64,000 bases of DNA. It comes from Lama guanicoe (Eukaryota). The DNA lies in NCBI GenBank assembly GCA_013239625.1, contig MU053810.1:5550071-5614070 (forward strand). Direction: 5' to 3'. The position numbers and the translations under genes were made by a program. Below, one piece after another: positions 37,048 through 49,006 of this stretch. The notes beneath the pieces are model-generated. The model was not told the DNA's origin, made no database searches, and saw only the letters and a list, made by a program, of their open reading frames with translations. How positions within the stretch are numbered: the stretch's first letter is position 1; each line of letters begins with the position of its first letter.

Positions 37048-38624
37048 CTTAACATCCTCTCCAAGATGTGGGGTTTTCAGATATCCTAAATGTTTCCACT
37101 GCACTGGGTGTGAAATGGTAAATTGTGAATTTAATTTGTACTCCTGATTAGTAGTGAAGTGTCAAGCATTTTATCATGTTTATTGGCCACCAGGATTCTC
37201 TCTTCAGTGATTTATCTCTTTGTGGATTTTTCCCCCTTGGTCTGTCTTTTTCTGTTTTGTTTTGTTTTGTTTTTTCTCTTTTTTTAGATTGTGGGTCTTT
37301 TATTTATTGACTTACAGGAGTTCTTGCTGTTTTCTGGCTAGTAATCCTTTGTTGTGTGCTTTGCAAATGTCCTCAGAGTACTGTGGTTACCATTTCACTT
37401 TTTCAAGGTATCTTTTGATGAATAAAGTTTTTGAATTAAAACTAGACGTGTCCAAGTGATGCTTATTTGACTGTATGAACGAAAGTTTATAGTTTTATAT
37501 GTACGCATTGTTTTTTATATACACATTGAGACCGGGAAAGGAAACCACGAAAGGAAGATATCACTTTCTTGGGTGAGGAGGGGAAATATTTCGTCACTGG
37601 TTGGAAGTCGAAGAAGGTTCTCGCTTTTATTCCAGACTCTTTTTCAGGCCAGTCGTTTCCTTGCAGGCTAACATTTGTGCACCCTGTCATTCTGCAGTGA
37701 AGACAGTGTCTTTAAGCACAGCCTTGGCTGGGGCTGCCGGAAGGCGGGCATCTGATATTAATGAAATGTTACTTTCTTTGCTTTCACAAGTTTGCAGGCT
37801 TCTCTCTTCCAAGCCAGCTGACGTAATTCAGAGTAGAAAAAAGACCCTCCCACTTTGTGTTTGCTCATTGACTTTGATGGGCTCCTCTGCCTGCCTGAGA
37901 GGTTCTGGAACAGAGTGAACCGGTTGTAATCTGCAGAACTTCGGAAAGTCACACTGGCTAAGGCCGCACACCCCCAAGCCAGCAAGGAAAAGGACAGGAG
38001 TGGAGATGCTGGTCAGCACAAGACTTGGCTGACTTGAGTTCTGTTTCTGAGTTCTGGCTCCCCCTGCGAAGGCTGATCCCTCTGGAAAGCTGGACCCACT
38101 TGGAACCGGGCTGTTATGTTTGACAGACGCCTCATGTCTCCTCAGACTAAGTGCCTTCTTCCTGGGGTAAGCGTGTGGGCAGGGAGGTAGGCCAGATGCA
38201 CGGTGTGGTTTAGGGAAAACAGGCATGGGCTGAATTGTTGATGAACTCGAGCTAAAATCGCATTAGTTGCTTCGCTTTTGTAACACTTTTCTTATCTTGC
38301 CGGAAATGTTGTCCACACACAGTGTTAATTCATAACTGCAGGTAGTCTAAGCAAAGAAAACCGTAGCTTTGGTTTTAAACTGTGTCTTACTGAGATCAAT
38401 GTAAAGTAGCTGCGGGGAGAGACAGGGAGGCAGAGAAACTTGGGAGAAAATGAAAATGCTCTTTTCCAGCTGCAGGCCGTCACTTGTCACATCGTGGACA
38501 GCCTGGTCACGGAGCTTTTTTGTTTCTGAGGCCTTTTCTGTGTAACCCAGAATGAAGTGACTTCCTGTGTTGCCGCAATTAAGATGTAATTGCTGTTTGT
38601 CACGTTAAAGGTTTATTTTTTTTA

Positions 38625-38945
38625 AAAGACACAAGAACTTATTTACAAAACAGAAATAGACTCACAGACATAGAAAACAAACTTATGGTTACCAGTGGGG
38701 AAGTAGGGGAAGGGATAAATTGGGAGTTTGAGATTTGCAGCTACTAACTACTATATATAGAATAGATAAACAACAACTTTCTACTGTTATAGCACAAGGA
38801 ACTAAATTCAATATCTTATAGTAACTTATCATGAAAAAGAATATGAAAAGAAATATATGTATGTGTATGTATGACTGAAGCACGCTGTACATGAGAAACT
38901 GACACATTGTAACTGACTGCACTTCAATTTTTTTTAAAAAAATTT
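38625..38945 (+). mobile_element. L1 3' fragment
   Basis: ACAAAACAGAAATAGACTCACAGACATAGAAAACAAACTTATGGTTACC... followed by a tail. Confidence 0.87.
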
Positions 38946-40199
38946 TTTAATTTAATGAAATACAAAAATGAGAGTCCAAGGTTTAAAATACTTAAGCAGA
39001 GAGTTTTACCACACAAAGATTGGATGTTTGGATGTTTGGATTTGGTTTAGAACCTTTAAAGAAAAGATCGTATCATTATTGGTGACCTTCTGGGGAAGGA
39101 TTTAGAAAGAAAGTAAATAATTCTAGAACCAAATGTCAGTCATAGCCTATAAAAATCATAAGGTTACAGGTATCTGAGCTAACAGGACATGAAAATATCA
39201 TTTTAGAATCAAGAAAGTACAACTTGTCTAAAAATCCTTTCTAGGTTACCGCTTTTATTTCCATTTGTGGCAACCTACACTAAATTTAGTTGAACAGAGA
39301 AAAAAAAATGCTTGCAAAGAAATACATGTAGTGTGGCAATCATTTGTTCTGTGTTGTATCATCAACAGTAGAGCACAGTCAGTAAGCAGTGAGCTCTACT
39401 TTGTTTAATTTATGTGATTTCAAAGCTCTTTTATTCTATTTCATTTAAAATTTTCCAAAGATACAGCTTTTCTTGCTGTGGTGTTCCCCACTAGATTTTA
39501 ACTACTTCAGTTATATTTCTTTAGGCTCCAACGTGTCTGCTAATGTCTACACTAATTATAAAGGATTTCTGGGTGTTAGATACTTCACAGGTTTCGGAGC
39601 TTTTCCAGTGCCACTCACATTTAATTCGGAAATTGGTCAATACATGTTTGTTTTGAAGGGCATCTGGAATCATCACTTCCCATACACTTGCCTGCTTTCC
39701 AAGAATATTATCAGACACTAAATAGCTGCTTTAGTAGTTTCTACAGAGGAATTCTGTTATGAATTAGAAAAATGTTTAATCCACAACCCAAACTGCCAAG
39801 TATCCAAATTGCCAGATACTTTCCACTGATCATTTTGACTATTTTCAGCCATGAAGTTGGGCACAAAAATGTCACAGTTTTTTAATTGGAATGCCAATTA
39901 AAAAAAAAACTGGCATTCTGGACTAGTGATTCTGGTCTATATGTTTTGATGTGATTCTAGACTAGTTACTTGAATAGTTTATCCTATAGTTAATTTCAGT
40001 TCTGTCTTGAAGTATCATGAAGAATCTGCACAAGAATGTTTACCCTTTTAAACATCCTCTGTCCCATCCTAGCTTTTTATTTCCTAAAGCTTAGTCACTC
40101 CTCTTCTTAACTAACGCTTGTGTTTGGATAGGGCTGATAAACACATGGACTTTTGTTTTAATGATTAAGTTTTAAAATAAATCTGTTTGAAGCCTTGTT

Positions 40200-40392
40200 C
40201 TAGAGGATTAAGAGGTATTAACTACCAGTTACAAAATAAATAAGCCACAGGGATGTAATATACAGCATAGGGAATACAGTCAATATTTTATAATAACTTT
40301 GTATAGTATGTAACCTGTAAAAATATTGACTCAGTATGTTGTACTCCTGAAACTAATGTCATATTGTAAGTCAGCTATACTCCAATAACAAA
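40200..40392 (+). mobile_element. Short L1 3' end
   Basis: GGATTAAGAGGTA...AAATAAGCCACAGGGATGTAATATACAGCATAGGGAATA, similar to 28870-29090. Confidence 0.8.
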
Positions 40393-43083
40393 GACTATTG
40401 CATCCCCACCTAACACTTTTATCTAGTCATTCTCAAAGTTCCCCAGTGGCAGAGCTTTCCTTTCAATTTGGACAGTAATGTAAATGGGGAGAATTTTTAA
40501 GAATACGTGTATCTATATTTAGGTGTGTGCGTATACGTGTTGTGGAATAACTTTTTGAGGACGCCGAGTAAACTATGCGGTCTTTATTTTTGTTCCAATC
40601 GAGTATGTTTTTATTAGCACTTGTGCTTTCTGAAGACACTCCAAACCCCAAATGCATAACAGCACGTTTGGAAATTGTACATTTAATTCTCATCTTGCAT
40701 TAAAATCAAATGAATACACCAGTGGAATCTGGTATAGGTGATTACTTTGTCCTTGCCAAGGGCAAAAAAAAAAAATGCCTCTGGCTGGTATGCAGTATAC
40801 TCGCTATCTCTTTATGGATTCTGGTATAGTTGCATGGTAAGTTTCTCCAACATAACGTCCTTAATGTCTGCAGCTCGTGCCACTATTCTCAGACCCAGAT
40901 GGCCTCTCCCTTCATCACCTTTCTTTCCTTCATCCCAACAAAAATTATCTCTCAGATTTGTGCAGGTTTTTCCACTTATTTAGTCATGTTACCTATAATT
41001 TCAGCTTATTCTGACTGTGGTTAAGAGCAAGTGTTGGGGTACAGTGAGACTTGACTTTGAATACACCACCATTCCCTGATAACTCTGAGACTTGCTGAGT
41101 TTTATCTTCTCTGAGCCTCTGTGTTATCATCTGTAAAATTAGGAATAGTAGTACATAGTAGACATAGATATGTCTCCAGGTGTTTGTGAGCATTAAAAAA
41201 AAAAATCCCAGGGCATATAGACTTCTTAGCATCAGACCTACAGTTATTAAGGGAATGCACGTACCTACCTACATATTTTGTAATGGCTAATGATGACAGA
41301 ATTCAGATCTGAGATCCCAAACTCTGATATCTAGAAGAGGCAGCAGAGGAAAGTTGTGAGGTGTCTCTTGTTCGCATATTGGAAGAAAGATACAAAGATT
41401 AAAAGTAAGTAACAACCCTGTGAAGTGGGACTCGGAACTGGCTAAGTGTGGATCCAGTATCAGAGAGCTGGGAGGGGAGGGCAAGTATAAACCCTCGGAA
41501 GCTATATGCAGATATTTGCATCTATGTATATATGAACATCTTCTAACCCCGGCAGGTTCTCAAGGTGGCCCTCAACTCCCAAATGGTAAAGACCCGCAGC
41601 TCCTAAAACGGGAGTAAGCCCGAGAGAACAAAAGATATGACAGAGGTTAAATATTCTAAGAAGTCTCATAATTTAAAAAATTTTACTTTCTTTCTCTTTT
41701 CCTTTGTATTGTTACGCAGTTTAGGGGAGAAAAAAAAAGATATTGACTGGAGCCTCTGTATTCCTGTATATTATAAAACAAAATGGTCATGTAAGGCTAC
41801 AGATTTCTGCACCATTTTTTAGGTATAGTTTGTATTTCAGTGGATGTATAACATTAGAAAGGCTTGAAGGCTTGAAGGATTCTCTGAAGGATGAAGAACG
41901 GATGAATGCTTTGTCACCTGGGGATGCCAGACTGTTTGATTTCACCTTGTCCCCATAAAACAATCATTTTATGGTAATAAAAATTTTCTGCCATCCCCAA
42001 GAGATTTGCCAACTTATTTGTATCATTAAAATCGAAAAAAAAACTTAAAAGAGAGCTTTACTCATCAAAGAAATTAATTGAAAGTTATTAGTATTAAAAA
42101 TAGAAACAATATTTAAGGAAATGTGTGTCAGAACGCTCCAGAATCTCACGGCTTTTGGTCAAATATTTTTATTCTGGCAAAATTACATCCCATTTCTTTT
42201 CCACAAGCATGCATATTTTTATAGTTGTAACTATAGGGCACAGGCTATTCAGGTTTCTGCCTTTTCCCTTCAACTGTATTTTTTTTAAAAATCACTTTTT
42301 AATCCCAGAGTGATAGAGCATTGTGTGGATTTAACATAGTTTTTTCCAAATAAAGTGGTCATTTATTGTTGAACTTTTAGTTACTTCCATAACTTTGTTT
42401 TTATAGATAAATAAATCTGTCATAACAATTTTGAGCATATGGCTTTATGCTCTGTTAAATAACTTCTTTGAGATAAATTCTCAGATGTGGAATTGTCTGC
42501 AATTGCCTTAACACTTAAATAATTACACAGCGTCCCTTTAATTTCTATTTAGCAGATTACTGGCAAAATTTATCTGAAATGTGTATACTCTTTGTATCTC
42601 TGTGTAAATTACTTTATTCGATTTCTTGTGTTTAGATTCCAACAAATTAATTTCATTTGTTAGATAGTAAGCGTGGCTGTTTATGGAATAAACTCTTAGT
42701 TTTCTCTATCAAAATAGTCCCAGTCTCACCTATCAAAATATTCTCTTTTCTAAAAACGAATCTGGTATTTATATCACAACACCCTACTGACATCACTGGA
42801 GGGTACATGAGTGTGAGACAACAGAGTCTTCGTTTGATTAGAAATTGACACTAGTGAAAAGATTAAGCCTTCACTTTGGGAAGCAGGACACAAGAACTTT
42901 CGGCTTTATTCAGATACCTGACTGACTTTCTGCAGAGAGCTAATAACTATTACACAAAGAAGACCACATGTGACTCAAGCTGTCGTTAATGTGAAAAGTG
43001 TATTCTGTCTCGCCTTTAGTTTCATAGATTTTGCATTGTTAAGAACAGCAGGATCAAATAGCTCGTCAAGTGGTTGCTGATTC

Positions 43084-43558
43084 TGTTGGCTTACTGAGAA
43101 ACATACAATGTGGGCAACAGTTGTGGGTTTAAGTTTCGTTCAGGGACTTACTGAGGACTGTGGCCTGGGAGACAGCCTCTCAGTGGTGCTGAGGAAACTG
43201 CTGGCGGAGGTAGAGGAGAAGTCAGTTTTCATACGATTTTTGGCTCAGGGATGCATGCAGTTAAGCTTACACCTTGGCAAAAGATTACTGCCAGCCACTC
43301 AGAAGAGACAAATCCTAAGTAAGTGATTTCAATGCTTTTCTAGGTGTGGGGAGATGCAAGAATCTGGGTTCATTAAAACTCTTTCTGAAATATACATCTG
43401 ACTAGCTAAGGGGCCTGTTTTCCCAAAGCACATGGTGCGTCATCCTGTTTTTCATTCTGAATTCTTTGTGGTACACTGTCGATCAGTGACTGCAGTGGCT
43501 AACCACTGAGTCCTCCGGAGCTGGGTGGTCAGCCACGCTCTTTGGTTCCTTTGTTTAC
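43084..43558 (-). mobile_element. Probable solo LTR (ERV1 class)
   Basis: A ~470-bp block beginning TGTAAACAAAGG on the minus strand. CTTACTGAGGACTGTGGCCTGGGAGACAGCCTCTCAG...GAGGAAACTGCT resembles recalled ERV1-type LTRs. Ends are approximate. Confidence 0.55.
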
Positions 43559-43856
43559 ACATCAGGGCTGGCGGGACACAGCACCCTTACAGCTTCTGGT
43601 GGGAATCCCCCTCCCAGTGGTCCTTCATAGTCTGTCCTTCCTTCTCCCCTGTGGTTAAAGAACTGGGATTTTCTCCACTCTTTCTTGGTCAGGGACCTGC
43701 CATCATTCTGACCTTAATATAACATGTCCTTTGTGAGCCTAACAAGCATTACTTACCTGCCTTTAAGTCTTGGTCCAACCATATAGCAGTTGGGTTACCT
43801 GTTAGTGGCATTTTTGGCATCAGAAAAGAGAAAAAGCTGACCCCCGTCATCATATC

Positions 43857-46278
43857 TAAGATCCTTATCACACAACCAGCATGTAAAATAGATCTGCCAC
43901 CGTCCAGAAGTTTCCCCATCCTCTGATACCAGTAGGCCCTTTACTATTTTGTACCGTCCTGGACCTCCTAATCTTAGTTACTCACAGACAGAAAATGCCT
44001 TTGATTTGAGAACATGACAGGAGGGATGGAGCTCATGGCACTGAAAGGAGAACAAGATTTTATTCTTGATTGTAGCTCTGGTTTCTTTGTTTGGGAGCAG
44101 TTGATTAACATCTCAAGGCTTGCTTTATCACCTGCATAATGAAAGTAATCATTCTTATCTCTCCTTTGCTCCATCTGGGAGCCTCTGAAGGCCCAAGAGG
44201 GGTGATACAAAATTCTTAAAGTTTCTCCAAACAGCTATTTATAGTTTGGTCTTGTGTTTGAAGCCCGAGCAATCGCTTGAAGAATATATTTTCAACATCA
44301 GTATGTGTTCAATGAAGTATGTTAACCTCGAGTCTTTTTTTTTTCTTTGCATTTTTCTTTCCTTTCTTTTTCTTTTTGGGCCTCTCCTGTCTTGGCATCA
44401 ACACAGGTGTTTCTGCAGCATGAAACCTGATGAGCTCAAGATCCTTCCTTTTGGGTCCAGACTTACGACCATTTTCATGACTTCATTGAATAGAGTTTAA
44501 TGGTCACTAAAAACGCAGACATGCTTGCAGTCTTTCAGGGCCCAGTTCCACATGAGCGGGCTCTGTGTAGCTTTCACTGTTCAGCTTCCAGAGCTTTTAC
44601 AATGGGCTTTCACAGGAGGCAGTGAATAATGAAGTCTCATTCGATATTTGGGTGTTTTTTAAAAGAAGTTTGCGTGTGCACTCAAATATAGTGGCATGAA
44701 AAAGAAAAAACTTCATGATATTGACAAAGATACTAATCACCTACACACGATACGCACTGAGTACTAACCAGGTGAACTTAAATGTGGGCTCTCTTGTGGG
44801 GGAAATGATTATGTATTCAGACAACACAAGATAAAACACATATATGCCACTGTGCAAATATGGAGGAATAAAGAAACGGAGCTCTTTATATTACGGGCAG
44901 CATGAATGTTTAGAGAATTCTCAGGGTTAAGGATTGGTTGAAAATTCAGAAGTTATGGAATTTAGTTCATTTTAACAACAAAGAATAAGTTTGCCAACTG
45001 ACTCTTTAGTATGATTTAGTTATTTTACATACGTTTTTTCCACTGTAGCTAGAATGTGGAGATCCAAGGTGATTGCGTGGCTGAATTCAAGCTCAGTAGA
45101 AGTTTGTATTTCGAAGAGCTCTCCAACCTGTCCCCTCTTCTTTGTATTTCATATGAAGGGTAGGAATTCCTGGCCATTGTAGAAAGTGTGATAGGATTTA
45201 GAATTCCCGTGGGAGCCATCACTTGAGTGCTTCTACGTAACTTTCAAGAGATGCGATACTTTAGCTGGAACAACTACTTGGTGGAGATGTTGAAAGTTAT
45301 TTGTTTAAAGAGACCCCAAAAGAACGGCTGTCACTGAGCTCCATGTGCGTCAGAGATAATAAGAGATAGTTTGTGTGAATAAGAAAAGGCCCCACTGGTG
45401 ATGCAGTATCTGCTTTGGGGTTGAGAAAATGTGTATTTATTTAATTTCTACAGCTGAGTAAGAGGACCTGACTTCTCTGGGACTATTTTTCAACCTAGCA
45501 GCATACATTTATCACTCATGATGCCATTTAGGTTGAAGACATTATGCTGTGTAAAATCAACCAGTCACAAAAGGGCAAATACTGTTTGCTCTCATTTATA
45601 TGAGGTACCTGGAAGTGTCGAACTCCTAGAGACAGAAAGTATAACTTTGACTGGGGAGGGGGAAGTGAGGAGTTAAGTGTTTAGTGGGGGCAGAGTTTCC
45701 ATTTGGGATAATGAAGAAGTTCTGGAGATGGCTGGTGGTGATGGTTGCATAACAGTGTGAATGTACTTCATGCCACTGAGCTCTACACTTGAAAACAGCT
45801 CCATTGGCAGATTTTATGTTGTGTCTGTTGTATGACAGTTTAAAAAAATGCAATGGAAAGAAATTCTTTAGTGCGCATGTAGGTTGCACGAGGCCACCAG
45901 AAAAAGATAGGTATTATCTTCTGTAATCCTAGCAGCAACCTAGTGAAGTAGACACATCATTAACTCTATTTCACAGTTGAAGAATCTGAGCACAGCCAAG
46001 AACGTCACAAGTCTAGGTCCACGTGGGGGACAGTGGCGTAAACAGGGATTGCAGCCCAGTGATGAGCCCTTTAGGCACATGGATGCCTGTCTGTGCATAG
46101 CTTCATTCCCCCCCCCCACCTTTGATAACTGTGTTCTTATTGCTCAGGCTGATACCACCACTGCAGCCTTCCTTTAGGAAAGAGACTGGGATTCATGGGG
46201 CTCCTCCTTGACGTTTGAGCCCTGAGTGTCATAGAGAGGGGTGGGTGAGGCTGCCCCTCAACTCTCCAGCAGTCACCC
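43857..46278 (+). repeat. Tandem duplication, copy 1 (~2.42 kb)
   Basis: The sequence recurs essentially verbatim at an offset of 2421-2423. Four identical ORF translations recur at +2421. Confidence 0.97.
45520..45850 (+). mobile_element. L1MB/MC-type 3' fragment, duplicated at ~47941-48271
   Basis: CATTATGCTGTGTAAAAT..CCAGTCACAAAAGGGCAAATACTGT...GTTCTGGAGATGG..GGTGGTGATGGTTGCA. Confidence 0.8.
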
Positions 46279-46279
46279 A

Positions 46280-48699
46280 TAAGATCCTTATCACACAACC
46301 AGCATGTAAAATAGATCTGCCACCGTCCAGAAGTTTCCCCATCCTCTGATACCAGTAGGCCCTTTACTAGGTTGACCTCCTGGACCTCCTAATCTTAGTT
46401 ACTCACAGACAGAAAATGCCTTTGATTTGAGAACATGACAGGAGGGATGGAGCTCATGGCACTGAAAGGAGAACAAGATTTTATTCTTGATTGTAGCTCT
46501 GGTTTCTTTGTTTGGGAGCAGTTGATTAACATCTCAAGGCTTGCTTTATCACCTGCATAATGAAAGTAATCATTCTTATCTCTCCTTTGCTCCATCTGGG
46601 AGCCTCTGAAGGCCCAAGAGGGGTGATACAAAATTCTTAAAGTTTCTCCAAACAGCTATTTATAGTTTGGTCTTGTGTTTGAAGCCCGAGCAATCGCTTG
46701 AAGAATATATTTTCAACATCAGTATGTGTTCAATGAAGTATGTTAACCTCGAGTCTTTTTTTTTTCTTTGCATTTTTCTTTCCTTTCTTTTTCTTTTTGG
46801 GCCTCTCCTGTCTTGGCATCAACACAGGTGTTTCTGCAGCATGAAACCTGATGAGCTCAAGATCCTTCCTTTTGGGTCCAGACTTACGACCATTTTCATG
46901 ACTTCATTGAATAGAGTTTAATGGTCACTAAAAACGCAGACATGCTTGCAGTCTTTCAGGGCCCAGTTCCACATGAGCGGGCTCTGTGTAGCTTTCACTG
47001 TTCAGCTTCCAGAGCTTTTACAATGGGCTTTCACAGGAGGCAGTGAATAATGAAGTCTCATTCGATATTTGGGTGTTTTTTAAAAGAAGTTTGCGTGTGC
47101 ACTCAAATATAGTGGCATGAAAAAGAAAAAACTTCATGATATTGACAAAGATACTAATCACCTACACACGATACGCACTGAGTACTAACCAGGTGAACTT
47201 AAATGTGGGCTCTCTTGTGGGGGAAATGATTATGTATTCAGACAACACAAGATAAAACACATATATGCCACTGTGCAAATATGGAGGAATAAAGAAACGG
47301 AGCTCTTTATATTACGGGCAGCATGAATGTTTAGAGAATTCTCAGGGTTAAGGATTGGTTGAAAATTCAGAAGTTATGGAATTTAGTTCATTTTAACAAC
47401 AAAGAATAAGTTTGCCAACTGACTCTTTAGTATGATTTAGTTATTTTACATACGTTTTTTCCACTGTAGCTAGAATGTGGAGATCCAAGGTCATTGCGTG
47501 GCTGAATTCAAGCTCAGTAGAAGTTTGTATTTCGAAGAGCTCTCCAACCTGTCCCCTCTTCTTTGTATTTCATATGAAGGGTAGGAATTCCTGGCCATTG
47601 TAGAAAGTGTGATAGGATTTAGAATTCCCGTGGGAGCCATCACTTGAGTGCTTCTACGTAACTTTCAAGAGATGCGATACTTTAGCTGGAACAACTACTT
47701 GGTGGAGATGTTGAAAGTTATTTGTTTAAAGAGACCCCAAAAGAACGGCTGTCACTGAGCTCCATGTGCGTCAGAGATAATAAGAGATAGTTTGTGTGAA
47801 TAAGAAAAGGCCCCACTGGTGATGCAGTATCTGCTTTGGGGTTGAGAAAATGTGTATTTATTTAATTTCTACAGCTGAGTAAGAGGACCTGACTTCTCTG
47901 GGACTATTTTTCAACCTAGCAGCATACATTTATCACTCATGATGCCATTTAGGTTGAAGACATTATGCTGTGTAAAATCAACCAGTCACAAAAGGGCAAA
48001 TACTGTTTGCTCTCATTTATATGAGGTACCTGGAAGTGTCGAACTCCTAGAGACAGAAAGTATAACTTTGACTGGGGAGGGGGAAGTGAGGAGTTAAGTG
48101 TTTAGTGGGGGCAGAGTTTCCATTTGGGATAATGAAGAAGTTCTGGAGATGGCTGGTGGTGATGGTTGCATAACAGTGTGAATGTACTTCATGCCACTGA
48201 GCTCTACACTTGAAAACAGCTCCATTGGCAGATTTTATGTTGTGTCTGTTGTATGACAGTTTAAAAAAATGCAATGGAAAGAAATTCTTTAGTGCGCATG
48301 TAGGTTGCACGAGGCCACCAGAAAAAGATAGGTATTATCTTCTGTAATCCTAGCAGCAACCTAGTGAAGTAGACACATCATTAACTCTATTTCACAGTTG
48401 AAGAATCTGAGCACAGCCAAGAACGTCACAAGTCTAGGTCCACGTGGGGGACAGTGGCGTAAACAGGGATTGCAGCCCAGTGATGAGCCCTTTAGGCACA
48501 TGGATGCCTGTCTGTGCATAGCTTCATTCCCCCCCCCCACCTTTGATAACTGTGTTCTTATTGCTCAGGCTGATACCACCACTGCAGCCTTCCTTTAGGA
48601 AAGAGACTGGGATTCATGGGGCTCCTCCTTGACGTTTGAGCCCTGAGTGTCATAGAGAGGGGTGGGTGAGGCTGCCCCTCAACTCTCCAGCAGTCACCC
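46280..48699 (+). repeat. Tandem duplication, copy 2
   Basis: Starts TAAGATCCTTATCACACAACC and ends CAGCAGTCACCC, as copy 1 does. A single A at 46279 separates the copies. Confidence 0.97.
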
Positions 48700-48913
48700 G
48701 GGTCCTGCAGGGCTTTCCAGCTACAGACCCCAAAGCCAGCTATGTCCTAGCTTCTTAGGTAGAATCCATGAAAATCACCCACCAGGCTTGCCACCAAGAT
48801 CACCTCAAAATTAACTTGTGCTTTAAAAATCATTGTAACCCTCTTCAAACAAGCCATTTTTAATGAAATTTTTTTCATCTTCTAGAATGTTCCATGAGAA
48901 ATTTTAAAAATGA

Positions 48914-49006
48914 AGGAATGGTAATAGCTCAGTGGTAGAGCGTGTGTTTAACAAGCACGAGGTCCTGGGTTCAATCCCTAGTCCCGCCTTCAAAAGAAAA
49001 ATCACA
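48914..49006 (+). mobile_element. tRNA-derived SINE (Vic-1-like, divergent)
   Basis: TAGCTCAGTGGTAGAGCG...GGGTTCAATCCC with an A tail and imperfect AGAAA.TTTT.AAATGA flanking repeats. Confidence 0.8.

Larger units (their letters stand above)
35850..37460 (-). mobile_element. Old L1 fragment carrying nested younger insertions
   Basis: Antisense L1 motifs (ATACCAATTTATACTCCCACCAACAGTG; GGTGTGAAATGGTA) that resume after the nested inserts. Confidence 0.7.

Noticed and set aside
43974..48598. Four ORFs present twice as a duplicated gene cluster
   Set aside because: They are short, have no recognisable domains, partly overlap L1 or MIR sequence, and simply reflect the DNA duplication.
48914..49006. 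tRNA gene with an apparent AAC anticodon
   Set aside because: There is no proper acceptor stem, and it has an A tail, flanking repeats and similarity to the SINE copies. It is a tRNA-derived SINE, as are the other tRNA-like hits.
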